A DNA stretch of 64,000 nt. It comes from Planctomycetota bacterium. Lineage in GTDB: Bacteria; Planctomycetota; GCA-002687715; CAIWVZ01. Positions 9,928 through 19,356 of this stretch are shown in pieces; position 1 is the first letter of the stretch, and each line of letters starts with the position of its first letter. The stretch lies in the NCBI GenBank assembly GCA_044222185.1, contig JBGANV010000006.1, forward strand, positions 250,213-314,212, given 5' to 3'. The position numbers and the translations under genes were made by a program. Under the pieces are notes generated by a model. It was given only the letters and a program-made list of their open reading frames with translations. It did no database searches and was not told the origin of the DNA.

Positions 9928-11895
9928 ATGGCGAAATCACGACGAAACTCCGACAACGACGTGAAACGACTGATCGACGCCCTGTTGGCGGATCCGCCGG
10001 AGACCGCGTTCGACATCGAACGGCGGCTGAAGGGATTTGGCGTCGAGGCCGTGAGGCGCGACCTCGCCGACCGCCTCGCGAATCCGGAGCTGTCCGCGCA
10101 CGACGCCACGACGGTCGAGGTCTTGTTGACCCACCTCGGGGCGGGTCGTCAGCACAAGCGACTCCTCGGGATCGCGAGTGATGAGCGCGTCGCGGGACAT
10201 GCGCGGGCCGCCGCGATGCGCGTCGTCACCCACGACGCCGACGTCACGCCCGACGAGTTCGCGAAGCTGGCAGCGTCTCCTGCCATGGGGGAGATCGTCG
10301 AGGACTTCATGTCGAACATGGTGGCGGCGGCTGCGCGCGAGCCGGATGTCGCCGTCGTCGTCGCCGAGTTGCTGGAACAGCTCGAAGGCGACGTGCGAAT
10401 GGACACGCTTCAGCGGCTCGAAGAGAAACGGCGTGCCGTCGGAGCGTCGGCCGCGTCCGTCTACAGCGAAGCTCTCGCCGTCACCGCGGATCCCCAGCTG
10501 CGCGCGTTCCTCCTCGACCGGCTCGTGGAGGAGGGCGGCGTGGAAGCGGTCGGCCTCCTGGAGGATCTGCGCAATTCCGCGAGCGACGCCGCCGTGCGCC
10601 ACGAGTACCAGCGCGCGTTCCTTCGCATGAAGGCGGTGGATGCGGTCGGCGCTCAGCAGAAGGACTTCGCCAAGGGTCGTACGTTCGTGAGTTCGTGCGA
10701 CGGTCAGGGGTCATTCATCCTGCTGGCGATCGTCGATCTACCCGAGGGCAAGCAGTCGCTCGCAGACCTGTGCATTCGTGCGTCGGCGGACATTCGCGAC
10801 GGGTTCCTGTTGACGCGGGAGGACCCGTCGGTCATCCGCGGCGTCGTGGACCAGGTCCGATCGAAGACCGAACTCCTCCTTGTCCAGGGTGGGCTCGGGA
10901 TGTCGCTCCGACTTCTCGAGGAGGCCCTCGCGCGTGCGACCGAGCGCCAGGAACCCCTTCCCCTGGAACTCCGGCCCGTGGTCGGCTTCTTTCAGCGGAT
11001 CGTGGACGACGGCTTCAAGATCGTCGACGCCGTGCCGGATCCCGAACGCGTTCGTGTCGAAGACCTCGCCCCCGTACTTCGGCGCCCTTCGTTCTCCGCC
11101 TGGTTCTTCGACGCCGGCGATCTGCGCGGCCGCGGCGTGAAGCTCCCCCGCAGGGCGGGCCTGCCGTCCGCGAAGTGGGTCTCGGACGCCCTGGCGACGC
11201 TCGACATCCCGCCGATCCAGGATCGGCTCGTCGCGATGGCGCGTCACGCGAGCCGCATCGCGACCTGGGGCGGGAACGGGCGCGAGGCTGCGCTGTTCGC
11301 TGCCGCGGCCCGGGACGTTGCCGCCGAGTTCACGACCGCAGCCCTGCCGCGGATCATGCTCGAACGCTACTTCGCTCCCAGCGACGCGCTCCCCGATGAC
11401 CCGGACTGGGCAGAACCGAGCCTGCGCCGCGCCGCACTGACGACGACCTTGTTCCAGGAGACGCGGCGTCCCCGCATGCGCGAACTCGCGCAACTGGACT
11501 TCATCCAAGCGGCGGCCGTCGCGCTCGACCGTGCCGTCGATGCGCTTCCTGGTGAAACGCGACTGCGGGAACCCGTGATGGGAGAGATCGCGACTCAAGC
11601 GGGGCGATACGCGGCGGATGCCTTTCGGGCCCGCGACGGACAGGGAACCGGAAGCGGGCTCGCGAAGAAGGTGCGGGCGCTCGTGACCGACCTCTCGGGG
11701 CTGCCGCCGGTCGCGCTCGAGCAGGTGTCATCCGCGCTGACTCTTGCGCTCGAGGGATTCCGGAAGCTGGTGTGCACTCAGTGTCCCGTGCATTGTCTCG
11801 GCATGTCCCGCGAAGACGCGACCGCTTGGTTCTCGTCGGGAGAACATCCCGCGCCCGATGCGTTCTCCGCGTGGGCGATGTTGCTCGAAGTCTGA
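9928..11895 (+). CDS. hypothetical cytoplasmic protein, alpha-helical, C-terminal Cys cluster
   Basis: 655-aa ORF. It is the only long ORF here that is consistent with its neighbours; no signal peptide and no motif I can name. C-terminus: KLVCTQCPVHCLGMSREDATAWF. Confidence 0.55.
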   Translation: MAKSRRNSDNDVKRLIDALLADPPETAFDIERRLKGFGVEAVRRDLADRLANPELSAHDATTVEVLLTHLGAGRQHKRLLGIASDERVAGHARAAAMRVVTHDADVTPDEFAKLAASPAMGEIVEDFMSNMVAAAAREPDVAVVVAELLEQLEGDVRMDTLQRLEEKRRAVGASAASVYSEALAVTADPQLRAFLLDRLVEEGGVEAVGLLEDLRNSASDAAVRHEYQRAFLRMKAVDAVGAQQKDFAKGRTFVSSCDGQGSFILLAIVDLPEGKQSLADLCIRASADIRDGFLLTREDPSVIRGVVDQVRSKTELLLVQGGLGMSLRLLEEALARATERQEPLPLELRPVVGFFQRIVDDGFKIVDAVPDPERVRVEDLAPVLRRPSFSAWFFDAGDLRGRGVKLPRRAGLPSAKWVSDALATLDIPPIQDRLVAMARHASRIATWGGNGREAALFAAAARDVAAEFTTAALPRIMLERYFAPSDALPDDPDWAEPSLRRAALTTTLFQETRRPRMRELAQLDFIQAAAVALDRAVDALPGETRLREPVMGEIATQAGRYAADAFRARDGQGTGSGLAKKVRALVTDLSGLPPVALEQVSSALTLALEGFRKLVCTQCPVHCLGMSREDATAWFSSGEHPAPDAFSAWAMLLEV

Positions 11896-12081
11896 CGAGT
11901 TTGCGGACCCGCGGCGAGCGAAAACGCGCGACCGCGAAAGTGGCGCGTCATCCCTCACGCGCGATCCCGGCCGCCGTAGTTCCTGCCGATGCGGGTCGAG
12001 TCCAACCCAGCCTGATTCAGCGCGCATCGACGACGGCTTCCGGGCATTCCCCCGCGCCGCCATCTCTCTGGAGGGATCGTC

Positions 12082-12480
12082 ATGACACTGCGTCAAACCC
12101 TGGTGCTCGGGACCATCTTCGCCGCGCTCTTCACCACCACGACCGTCGCCCAGATCGCCGATGGCTTCGATCTCCGTCTCCGTGACTCGACGCGGATCGG
12201 CGAGAACCACGTCGGCATTCAGGGCGGCGCGGCGACGGCGATCCAATTCGACGTGCGCGAGGACGCCATCGTCGCCCTCTTCGCGGCGCGTGCGACCGCC
12301 GTGGGCGTTCCAGACCTCGACACGGTGCTCCTCCTCGACGTGCGGGCCATGCGTGCAGGCGACATCTACGCCATGCAACTGCGAGTGCCGCAGATCCAGG
12401 GAGAGTTCGTTCTGAAGGCGTTCATGCTCGTAGGCGACCAGCTCGCGCAGAGCGACCCACTGACCGTCCTGATCCGCTGA
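12082..12480 (+). CDS. small secreted hypothetical protein
   Basis: 132 aa with signal peptide MTLRQTLVLGTIFAALFTTTTVAQ. No recognisable domain. Confidence 0.5.
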   Translation: MTLRQTLVLGTIFAALFTTTTVAQIADGFDLRLRDSTRIGENHVGIQGGAATAIQFDVREDAIVALFAARATAVGVPDLDTVLLLDVRAMRAGDIYAMQLRVPQIQGEFVLKAFMLVGDQLAQSDPLTVLIR

Positions 12481-12501
12481 ACGCGTCGGGTGCGATCTTC
12501 A

Positions 12502-12523
12502 CGGGCGGGTAACATCCCGCCCG
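12502..12523 (+). terminator. perfect 8-bp GC hairpin (CGGGCGGG-taacat-CCCGCCCG) between the small secreted gene and the DASS transporter
   Basis: Read directly from the sequence, 22 nt after the TGA at 12478-12480. No T-tract follows, so terminator function is uncertain. Its last base is the first base of a candidate GTG start of the transporter. Confidence 0.3.
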
Positions 12524-13998
12524 TGCGCGTGAAGTCACTCAAGTTCCTCTGGCTCGTCGTCGCCGTGTCAGTCTTCGCGGTGCTGCTCGCGGTCGACACT
12601 CCCATCGCGCACTTCGGCAAGTTCGAAGCGCGTCCCGCGCGGGCCGCTGCCGTCACTCTCCTGATGGCGATCCTCTGGCTCACCGAAGCCATTCCCATCT
12701 ACCTGACGGCGTGCATCCCGCTCGTGCTCTTCCCGGCGCTCGGCGTCTTCGGCGGCTCGTTCGGTGACGAATGCGTCTCGACGGTGCGGCCGTACGTCGA
12801 CGCCTACATCTTCCTGTTCATGGGCGGGATGTGCATCGCCGCCGCGATGCAGCAGTGGAACCTCCACCGGCGGCTCGCGCTCACCGTCATGCGGGCGATC
12901 GGGACGGACCCCAAGCGCCTCCTGCTTGGCGTGCTGAGTTCGAGTGCGTTCATCTCGTTGTGGATCTCGAACACGGCGACCGCCGCCATGATGGTCCCGA
13001 TCGGCGTTGCGATCGTCGCGCAGTGCGAACGGCACGGAGGCGGCAGGCGGCTCGTGGAGTACGGCGCCGTCATCATGATGAGCATCGCCTACGGCTCGAA
13101 CATCGGCGGGATCGGCACGAAGATCGGCACGGCACCGAACGCACAGTTCGCGCAGTTCATGTCCGGCATCGGCGTGGACGTCACGTTCAGCCGATTCATG
13201 GCCGTCGGTCTCCCGTTCGTCGCGCTTTTCATCCCGATCTCGTGGGCGGTGCTCTGGTGGTCGGGGAGGAGGGACGCGCCGCGCGGTCAGGTGGGCGCGG
13301 AAGCCGTCGCCGACGAGATCCGCAAGCTCGGTCCGATCCAGCGTGGCGAGTGGATCGTCCTATCCGTGTTCGTGGCGACGGCCGCGATGTGGATCGGTGC
13401 CAAGCCCATCACCGAATGGCTCCAGCCGCGAGTGGCCGCGTTCAAGCTGACGAGCGCTCACGTCGAGGGCGGCATCGCCATGCTCGCGGCGTTCGTGTTG
13501 ATGGCCTGGCCGGTGGGTGGACGACGGGCGCTCGACCTTCGCTCTCTGCGATTCGTGCCTTGGGAAACCCTGCTCCTCTTGGGTGGCGCGTTCTCCATGG
13601 CGAGCGGCGTGCAGTCCAGCGGGTTGTCGGACTGGATCGGCGATCGGCTCCACGTCCTGCGCGAACTGGGCCCGTTCCAACAGGTGCTGCTGGCGAGTGC
13701 GGCGACGGTCGCACTCTCGGCCGTCACTTCCAACACGGCGACGATCGGGGTCATGTTGTCGGTGCTGAAGGACTCGGTGTCGCCGGGGCACCTGACGACC
13801 GTGCTCTTCGCCGCGACGATCGCAAGTTCGTGCGACTTCATGCTGCCGGCGGGAACACCGCCCAACGCGATCGTGTTCGGCACGGGATACGTGACGATCC
13901 CCAAGATGGCGAAGACTGGGGCCGTGCTGGACCTGCTCGCGGCGGTCGTCGCCGCGGCGTGGTGCTGGATCAGCGTCTCGACGGTCTTCGGCGCGTGA
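12523..13998 (+). CDS. DASS/SLC13-family anion:Na+ symporter (sulfate/di-tricarboxylate type)
   Basis: Polytopic membrane protein with LLMAILWLTEAIPIYLTACIPLVLFP and the two hairpin motifs SNTATAAMMVPI and SNTATIGVML typical of DASS carriers. Start uncertain: in-frame GTG at 12490, 12523 or 12529. Confidence 0.8.
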   Translation: MRVKSLKFLWLVVAVSVFAVLLAVDTPIAHFGKFEARPARAAAVTLLMAILWLTEAIPIYLTACIPLVLFPALGVFGGSFGDECVSTVRPYVDAYIFLFMGGMCIAAAMQQWNLHRRLALTVMRAIGTDPKRLLLGVLSSSAFISLWISNTATAAMMVPIGVAIVAQCERHGGGRRLVEYGAVIMMSIAYGSNIGGIGTKIGTAPNAQFAQFMSGIGVDVTFSRFMAVGLPFVALFIPISWAVLWWSGRRDAPRGQVGAEAVADEIRKLGPIQRGEWIVLSVFVATAAMWIGAKPITEWLQPRVAAFKLTSAHVEGGIAMLAAFVLMAWPVGGRRALDLRSLRFVPWETLLLLGGAFSMASGVQSSGLSDWIGDRLHVLRELGPFQQVLLASAATVALSAVTSNTATIGVMLSVLKDSVSPGHLTTVLFAATIASSCDFMLPAGTPPNAIVFGTGYVTIPKMAKTGAVLDLLAAVVAAAWCWISVSTVFGA

Positions 13999-14011
13999 GG
14001 CCGATGCGGCG

Positions 14012-14036
14012 CGTCCGCACGGCCGCCGCGCGGACG
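14012..14036. terminator. GC hairpin (CGTCCGC ... GCGGACG) between convergent genes
   Basis: 7-bp inverted repeat with an 11-nt loop in the 48-bp gap between the convergent stops at 13998 (+) and 14047 (-). No U-tract. Confidence 0.3.
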
Positions 14037-14046
14037 GCCCGCCCGG

Positions 14047-14835
14047 TCACGGCAGGATGCAGGTACTGATGGGGTTCGTCACCTTCGGGAAGCCGAGGGC
14101 GTCGATGATCCCCACCTGGAAGTGGAGGGGGAGCCCAACGATCTGCGGGATGTTGGGGATGAAGCACGACAGGTTGGTCGCCACGCCCAGGACGTCCAGG
14201 TTGCCCTGGAAGTTCGCGAACAGGAACGGATCCGGCGTCGGGAAGGAGAGCGTGAAGAGGATGTCCGGGTCGAGAGCGACGAACACGGGCGGGAACGAGA
14301 TCCCGACCTCGGTCGTGATGGAGCCCGCTGCGAAGTACGGCATGTAGGCATCAGCGGCCGAGCTGACGTCCATCGTCATGGTCTGGCCCACGTGTGGCTG
14401 CGCGGTGACCGTCAGGAGCGGCGACGTGCTCGCGGCGGCGCGCACGGTGAACGGCGCCCATGACGTGCTGTACGACGCGGCCCCGACCGCCTTGTACTGG
14501 ACCTTCAGGTAGTAGAGGCCCGATGACGCGTTCGTCGGGACGGCCTGAGTGTCGGTCGCGGACGCTCCGGCGGCCACCGTGATGGCGTTGAAGCCGCAGA
14601 AGCCCAGAGGCCACGGCGCGACCGGCCCGGCGGGGGTTCCCGAGTGGACCGTCGTGAAGAGACAGCTCGATGGGAATTGGAACCCGGCGCCGGAGATGTC
14701 CGTCACGGTGAGGGTGACGGTCTGGCCGGGCGCCACCGGGTCCGGCGAGATCGTCGAGCAGATGGTCTGAGCGCCGGCGACGGCGCAGATGGCGGCGAAC
14801 ACGAGAGCGTGGGTGAACGAGCGATGCAGTTTCAT
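14047..14835 (-). CDS. secreted hypothetical protein (beta-sandwich-like)
   Basis: 262 aa with signal peptide MKLHRSFTHALVFAAICAVAGAQ followed by TICST. The C-terminal module ends in LPLHFQVGIIDALG, a motif shared with other secreted proteins in this window. Confidence 0.6.
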   Translation of the reverse strand: MKLHRSFTHALVFAAICAVAGAQTICSTISPDPVAPGQTVTLTVTDISGAGFQFPSSCLFTTVHSGTPAGPVAPWPLGFCGFNAITVAAGASATDTQAVPTNASSGLYYLKVQYKAVGAASYSTSWAPFTVRAAASTSPLLTVTAQPHVGQTMTMDVSSAADAYMPYFAAGSITTEVGISFPPVFVALDPDILFTLSFPTPDPFLFANFQGNLDVLGVATNLSCFIPNIPQIVGLPLHFQVGIIDALGFPKVTNPISTCILP

Positions 14836-14979
14836 GGGATCCTCCGGGATGGCGCGAGCCCGGAGTCTACACGGAACACCCGGCGGCCGAGCGAGGGTCT
14901 CGGATCACGCGACCGGAGGGTTCGCCCAGGTGGTTTTGCGGGTTCCCGATACACTGCGCCGCCCTCGCGAGGCCTCTCC

Positions 14980-16149
14980 ATGAAGAAACCAACACGATCC
15001 GCCGCAACCTCTCCGTTGGGAATCGGACTCATCGGGCAGAAGTTCATGGGCCGAGCGCACAGCAACGCCTGGGGGCAGGTGAACCGCTTCTTCGCGCTCC
15101 CTCGGCGCGCGGAGCTCGCGGTCGTCGCCGGACGTGATGGCGCGGAACTCGCCGGTTTCGCCGAGCGGTTCGGGTGGAAGCGCCACACGACGGATTGGCG
15201 CACGCTCGCAGCGGACGCCTCCGTCGACCTCGTGGACGTGTCCACTCCCAACGACCTCCACGCGGAGCCCGCGATCGCCATGCTCGAGGCGGGGAAACAC
15301 GTCGCATGCGAGAAACCTCTCGCGGGAACCCTCGACCACGCGAGGGCCATGCGCGACGCCGCGCGGAAGGCCCGCCGCTGTCGCACGTTCGTCTGGTTCA
15401 ATTATCGGAGGGCGCCCGCCGTCGGGCTGGCGTGGAGGCTCGTCCGCGAGGGACGACTCGGAAAGATCCTCCACGTGAGAGCTCGATACCTCCAGTCCTG
15501 GGGCGGCCCGAAGACTCCGTCCTCGTGGCGATTTCAGAAGGCGCGTGCAGGCTCGGGCGCCCACGGCGACCTCAACGCGCACATCGTGGACCTCGCCCGC
15601 TTTCTCACGGGCGACGAGATCGCGGAGATCCACGGTGCCGTCGCGCGCACGTTCGTCCACGAACGCGCGAACCCCGACGGTCGCGGCCGCACGAAGAGCG
15701 ACGTCGACGACTGCGTGGCGTTCGTCGCGAGCTTCGCAGGCGGCGCCACCGCGACGTTCGAGGCGACGCGCCTCGCGCACGGACACCTGAACGACAACAC
15801 CATCGAGCTGAACGGGGAGAAGGGATCGGTGCGGTTTTCGTTCGAGGACATGAACGTGCTGTGGTTCTGTGACGCGGCGGACGAACCCCGCGAGGGCGGA
15901 TGGCGGCGCGTCATGTGTACGGCGGCCGGGCAGCACCCCTACGTGGCGAACTGGTGGCCCGACGGCCACGTGATCGGCTACGAGCACGGGTTCGTGAATA
16001 TGGCGGCCGACATCGTCCGTGTCCTCTGCGGAAGCGAGCCGGAGTTGCCGCTCCCGGACTTCGCCGACGCCTTCGAAACGGCGCGGGTTCTCGAAGCCGC
16101 GCTTCGATCGGCACGCGAGCGCAAGGCCGTTCGGCTGCGCGACGTCTGA
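14980..16149 (+). CDS. Gfo/Idh/MocA-family oxidoreductase
   Basis: In-frame ATG at 14980 (MKKPTRSAATSPLGIGLIGQKFMGRAHSNAW), followed by VSTPNDLHAEPAIAMLEAGKHVACEKP. The upstream 112 codons of the listed ORF overlap the neighbouring gene on the opposite strand. Confidence 0.85.
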   Translation: MKKPTRSAATSPLGIGLIGQKFMGRAHSNAWGQVNRFFALPRRAELAVVAGRDGAELAGFAERFGWKRHTTDWRTLAADASVDLVDVSTPNDLHAEPAIAMLEAGKHVACEKPLAGTLDHARAMRDAARKARRCRTFVWFNYRRAPAVGLAWRLVREGRLGKILHVRARYLQSWGGPKTPSSWRFQKARAGSGAHGDLNAHIVDLARFLTGDEIAEIHGAVARTFVHERANPDGRGRTKSDVDDCVAFVASFAGGATATFEATRLAHGHLNDNTIELNGEKGSVRFSFEDMNVLWFCDAADEPREGGWRRVMCTAAGQHPYVANWWPDGHVIGYEHGFVNMAADIVRVLCGSEPELPLPDFADAFETARVLEAALRSARERKAVRLRDV

Positions 16150-16329
16150 CGGGCGCGGGTTCTGCGATGTCGGCCGGCGGCGGCCTCGCCAGCCGGCCAC
16201 GCCAAACTTCAGCGGCGACGCCGCTTCGTCCGATGTACCTCCTGACACCGGTTTCCGATGTCACCTGAAGAGGGACCCCGTGCGGCGTGCCACCGAGCCC
16301 GTCGGCGGGCCGGTGTCCGAAGGAAACCC

Positions 16330-19245
16330 ATGTCGCACAGAACGCACACGCTCCGCCTCGGCGTGCTGCTCGCGGTCCTGACGTCCCTACCGCTCTCCGC
16401 CCAAGCGCCCATGGCGGGCACCTACACGGTCGATTCGGCCCAGCCTGCCGGCACGACGAATTTCCCGACGCTGGCCTCCTGCGTCGCGGCGCTCACGTCG
16501 CGCGGCGTCAGCGCTCCCGTGACGGTCGACCTCATCCAGAACACGCCGGCCGACTTCACGACGTCGACACAATGGCGATTGCTCCAGAGCGCTGGCATCA
16601 ACGCCTTCGGAGGCGCAGCGATCCTCGTGCTCGACCAGTTCCCAGGGGTTTCGGCCACGAATCGCGTGACGTTCCGCACGGGATCCCTCAGCCCGATCAG
16701 GCCCGTCGTGTTCGATTGCAGCGTGCACTCGGTCGGTGTCGGCGTGTTCTTCCAGGGCGCCGATTACGTGACGATCGAGGACATCGAGATCAAGGGCGCG
16801 GCATACGACGGGATCATGCTCTATGGCGAAACGGGCATGTTCACGACGAACCTGGCGAACGCCGCCATGGACCACTGCTGGATTCGCCGCTGCCGCATCC
16901 ACGATTGCGCCGGGACGGCGATCACCCTCTATGGCAATCCCTATCAGCCCGGGTTCACGCGCATAGAGAACAACTTCTTCTGGAACAACATGAAGAACTG
17001 CGCGGGGCCGCTGACGAACTTCGGACGGTTCGGGCACATCTCCGGCAGGCGCAATCACGACGTGCAGATCGTCCACAATTCGTTCTATCAGGACGTCACG
17101 ATGCAGACGCTTCCGGGCGGTCTGACGCCGTGCATGATCGGTTCCAACAACTCGAGCGGTACCGCCTATGCCCTCTGCTCGGGTAACGCGTTCCAGATCG
17201 CAGGGTCCGGGACGACGGTCCCCGGGGGCTTCTATCGCTGGTACACGCAGGGTGCGATCACGAACGTCCCCTCGAGCGGCACCGGATACGCCACGGGAAC
17301 GCTTCTCGGCCACGGCCGCAACTTCTACTTCAACACGTCCGGCGGAACGACTTTCGCGATCGTCGGGTCGACGACGGTGGCGGATCTGCTCGGCTATCAA
17401 ACGCTGACGACGCTCGACGCGAACTCGCAGGCGGTCGATCCCCAGTTCGCGGTGCCGTCGACGGGCAACCTGGACCTCGCGACCCAGGCGTCCCCCGCGG
17501 TCGATCAGGGAGTCACCGGACTCGGGATCACGGTCGACATCCATGGATCGCCGCGAATCGGCACCGCGCCCGACGTGGGCGCGATGGAAGCGCGGCCGCC
17601 GGTCCTCACCGCCAGTTTCGGAGCGAACGTCACGTCCGGGCAGTGCCCGCTGACGGTGAACTTCGCCGATCAATCGACGACCGGCGGAGGCCCCGCGGTC
17701 ACCTCGTGGCAGTGGGCCTTCGACGGCGATGGGACCACACAGGCTACGACGTCGAATCCCACGTGGACGTTCACGCATACGGGGACCTATTCAGTCAGTC
17801 TCGTGGTGTCGGACGGGACACAGACGGCCTCGCGGATCCGTACCAATTACATCGTCGTGTCGGACTCCACCGGACCGGTGTTCTCGGGATGCCCCACGGG
17901 GCCGGTGCTTGCGCCAGCGAACCAGCCGAACTGCGCGGCCACCGTCACGTGGCCGCCGATCACGGCGAGCGATGGATGCGGGACCGTCACGCTGACGTCG
18001 ACGCATCAACCCGGCTCGCTGTTCCCACTCGGCACCACGCCCGTCACCTACACGGCTGTCGACAACCTCGCGCACGTCTCGACGTGCACGTTCGACGTGA
18101 CCGTGACGTCCGTGCAGCCGGCGATCGCAGTGCAGCCGCTCAATCGGCTTTTGTGCGTCGGTTCCACCGGCACGATCTCCGTGACGGCGGCCGCCGCAGG
18201 CCCTCCGCCCACCTACCAGTGGAAACGCGGGGGAGTGGCAATCCCGGGTGCGACGCAGTCCGTACTCACGATTTCCAACGCGACGACCGCCGACAGTGGT
18301 TCCTATACCGTGGTGCTCGACAACGGTTGCGGGACCATCACGAGCAACGCGGCGACCGTCTCCGTCCTCACCGGCCCGGTGATCACGCAAGGCCCGGTCA
18401 ATGACATGCCGTGTGCAGGGACGCAGGTCATCCTCTCCGTCCAGGCGACCAGTCCTTCGCCGTTGTCGTATCAGTGGCGTCGCAACGGGGTCGTGATCGC
18501 GGGGTTGGACTCGCCGATACTCACGATCCCGAACGCGTTGGTCACGGACTCCGGGATCTTCGACGTCACGGTCAGCGACGTCTGCTCCTCGACCACGAGT
18601 CAGCCCGCGCTCATCCAGATCACTGCACCTCCGGCGATCGCAGCGCAGCCGCTTCCTGTGACGAGCTACCCGGGAGTGCCCGCGAGCATCAGCGTCTCGG
18701 CCGCGAGTACCGTTCCAGTGACCTACCAGTGGCGGCAGAATGGGACGCCCATTCCGGGTGCAACCCAACCGGCGTACGTGATCGGGCGGTTGGTTCCGGC
18801 GGACGCCGGCATGTACGACGTGGTCGTCACGAACTCGTGTGGTTCGGTCACGAGCCAGGCCGTCCCGCTTTCGGTGACTCCGTTCACGCTCACGATCGAT
18901 CAGCAACCCGGCCCTCACTCGGTCCACATCCATCACACGGGCGGGATCCCGTACATCGAGTACCTGTGCGCCGTCTCCTTCCACGCGGCGAATCAGACCC
19001 AGCCCGGGCAGGGACCCTGGTTCGGTCTCTTCATCGACCCAGGCGAACTCGTGACGGAGATCTTCGCCGCCGGACCTCCGTTCGTGGGATTCCTCGACGC
19101 GAACGGAGACGCCGACTTCGCGACGCCTCCATTCACGATCACCCCCAATCTGTGGGGCACCCCGGTCTGGTGCGTCACGATCATGGGCGATTCGTTCTCG
19201 GCAGTCGTGTACGGCGCATCGAACATCGCCACGATGGCGCTGTGA
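16330..19245 (+). CDS. large secreted adhesin-like protein: parallel beta-helix region + PKD + HYR + three Ig-like repeats + C-terminal module
   Basis: Start at ATG 16330 (AGGAA 4 nt upstream), signal peptide MSHRTHTLRLGVLLAVLTSLPLSAQA. PKD-like: CPLTVNFADQSTTGGGPAVTSWQWAFDGDGT...YSVSLVVSDG. HYR-like: GPVFSGCP...NCAATVTWPPITASDGCGTVTLTSTHQPGSLFPLGTTPVTYTAVD...CTFDVTV. Three repeats carry YQW(K/R)xxG and DSG/DAGxY motifs. Confidence 0.8.
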   Translation: MSHRTHTLRLGVLLAVLTSLPLSAQAPMAGTYTVDSAQPAGTTNFPTLASCVAALTSRGVSAPVTVDLIQNTPADFTTSTQWRLLQSAGINAFGGAAILVLDQFPGVSATNRVTFRTGSLSPIRPVVFDCSVHSVGVGVFFQGADYVTIEDIEIKGAAYDGIMLYGETGMFTTNLANAAMDHCWIRRCRIHDCAGTAITLYGNPYQPGFTRIENNFFWNNMKNCAGPLTNFGRFGHISGRRNHDVQIVHNSFYQDVTMQTLPGGLTPCMIGSNNSSGTAYALCSGNAFQIAGSGTTVPGGFYRWYTQGAITNVPSSGTGYATGTLLGHGRNFYFNTSGGTTFAIVGSTTVADLLGYQTLTTLDANSQAVDPQFAVPSTGNLDLATQASPAVDQGVTGLGITVDIHGSPRIGTAPDVGAMEARPPVLTASFGANVTSGQCPLTVNFADQSTTGGGPAVTSWQWAFDGDGTTQATTSNPTWTFTHTGTYSVSLVVSDGTQTASRIRTNYIVVSDSTGPVFSGCPTGPVLAPANQPNCAATVTWPPITASDGCGTVTLTSTHQPGSLFPLGTTPVTYTAVDNLAHVSTCTFDVTVTSVQPAIAVQPLNRLLCVGSTGTISVTAAAAGPPPTYQWKRGGVAIPGATQSVLTISNATTADSGSYTVVLDNGCGTITSNAATVSVLTGPVITQGPVNDMPCAGTQVILSVQATSPSPLSYQWRRNGVVIAGLDSPILTIPNALVTDSGIFDVTVSDVCSSTTSQPALIQITAPPAIAAQPLPVTSYPGVPASISVSAASTVPVTYQWRQNGTPIPGATQPAYVIGRLVPADAGMYDVVVTNSCGSVTSQAVPLSVTPFTLTIDQQPGPHSVHIHHTGGIPYIEYLCAVSFHAANQTQPGQGPWFGLFIDPGELVTEIFAAGPPFVGFLDANGDADFATPPFTITPNLWGTPVWCVTIMGDSFSAVVYGASNIATMAL
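18115..18879 (+). repeat. three tandem ~83-87-codon Ig-like (I-set-like) coding repeats inside the adhesin gene
   Basis: Units at about 18115-18375, 18376-18630 and 18631-18879. Each has QP...C/SxG....SV.A....P..YQWxxxG..I.GA....L.I.NA...DSG.Y.V.V...C....S..A...V. Units 1 and 3 share the DNA string ccggcgatcgcagYgcagccgct. Confidence 0.75.
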
Positions 19246-19356
19246 CCGGCGTGCAGGACGCGGGTATGCCGCGTCTCGCGGAGATCACCGGCTTCGGGTA
19301 CGCTTTGCGGCCCCGTGAGCGGCGGTCGCCGGCTCCGCGGGATGCGAGGTCACGCG

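Noticed and set aside
16387-18984. Long minus-strand ORFs (16387..17778 and 17791..18984) opposite the adhesin gene; likewise 23741..25546 and 25568..27229 opposite the NIDO-like paralogues
   Set aside because: Their translations are dominated by R/D/G/E runs without hydrophobic cores. The plus-strand frames have signal peptides and recognisable PKD/HYR/Ig/NIDO-like motifs.
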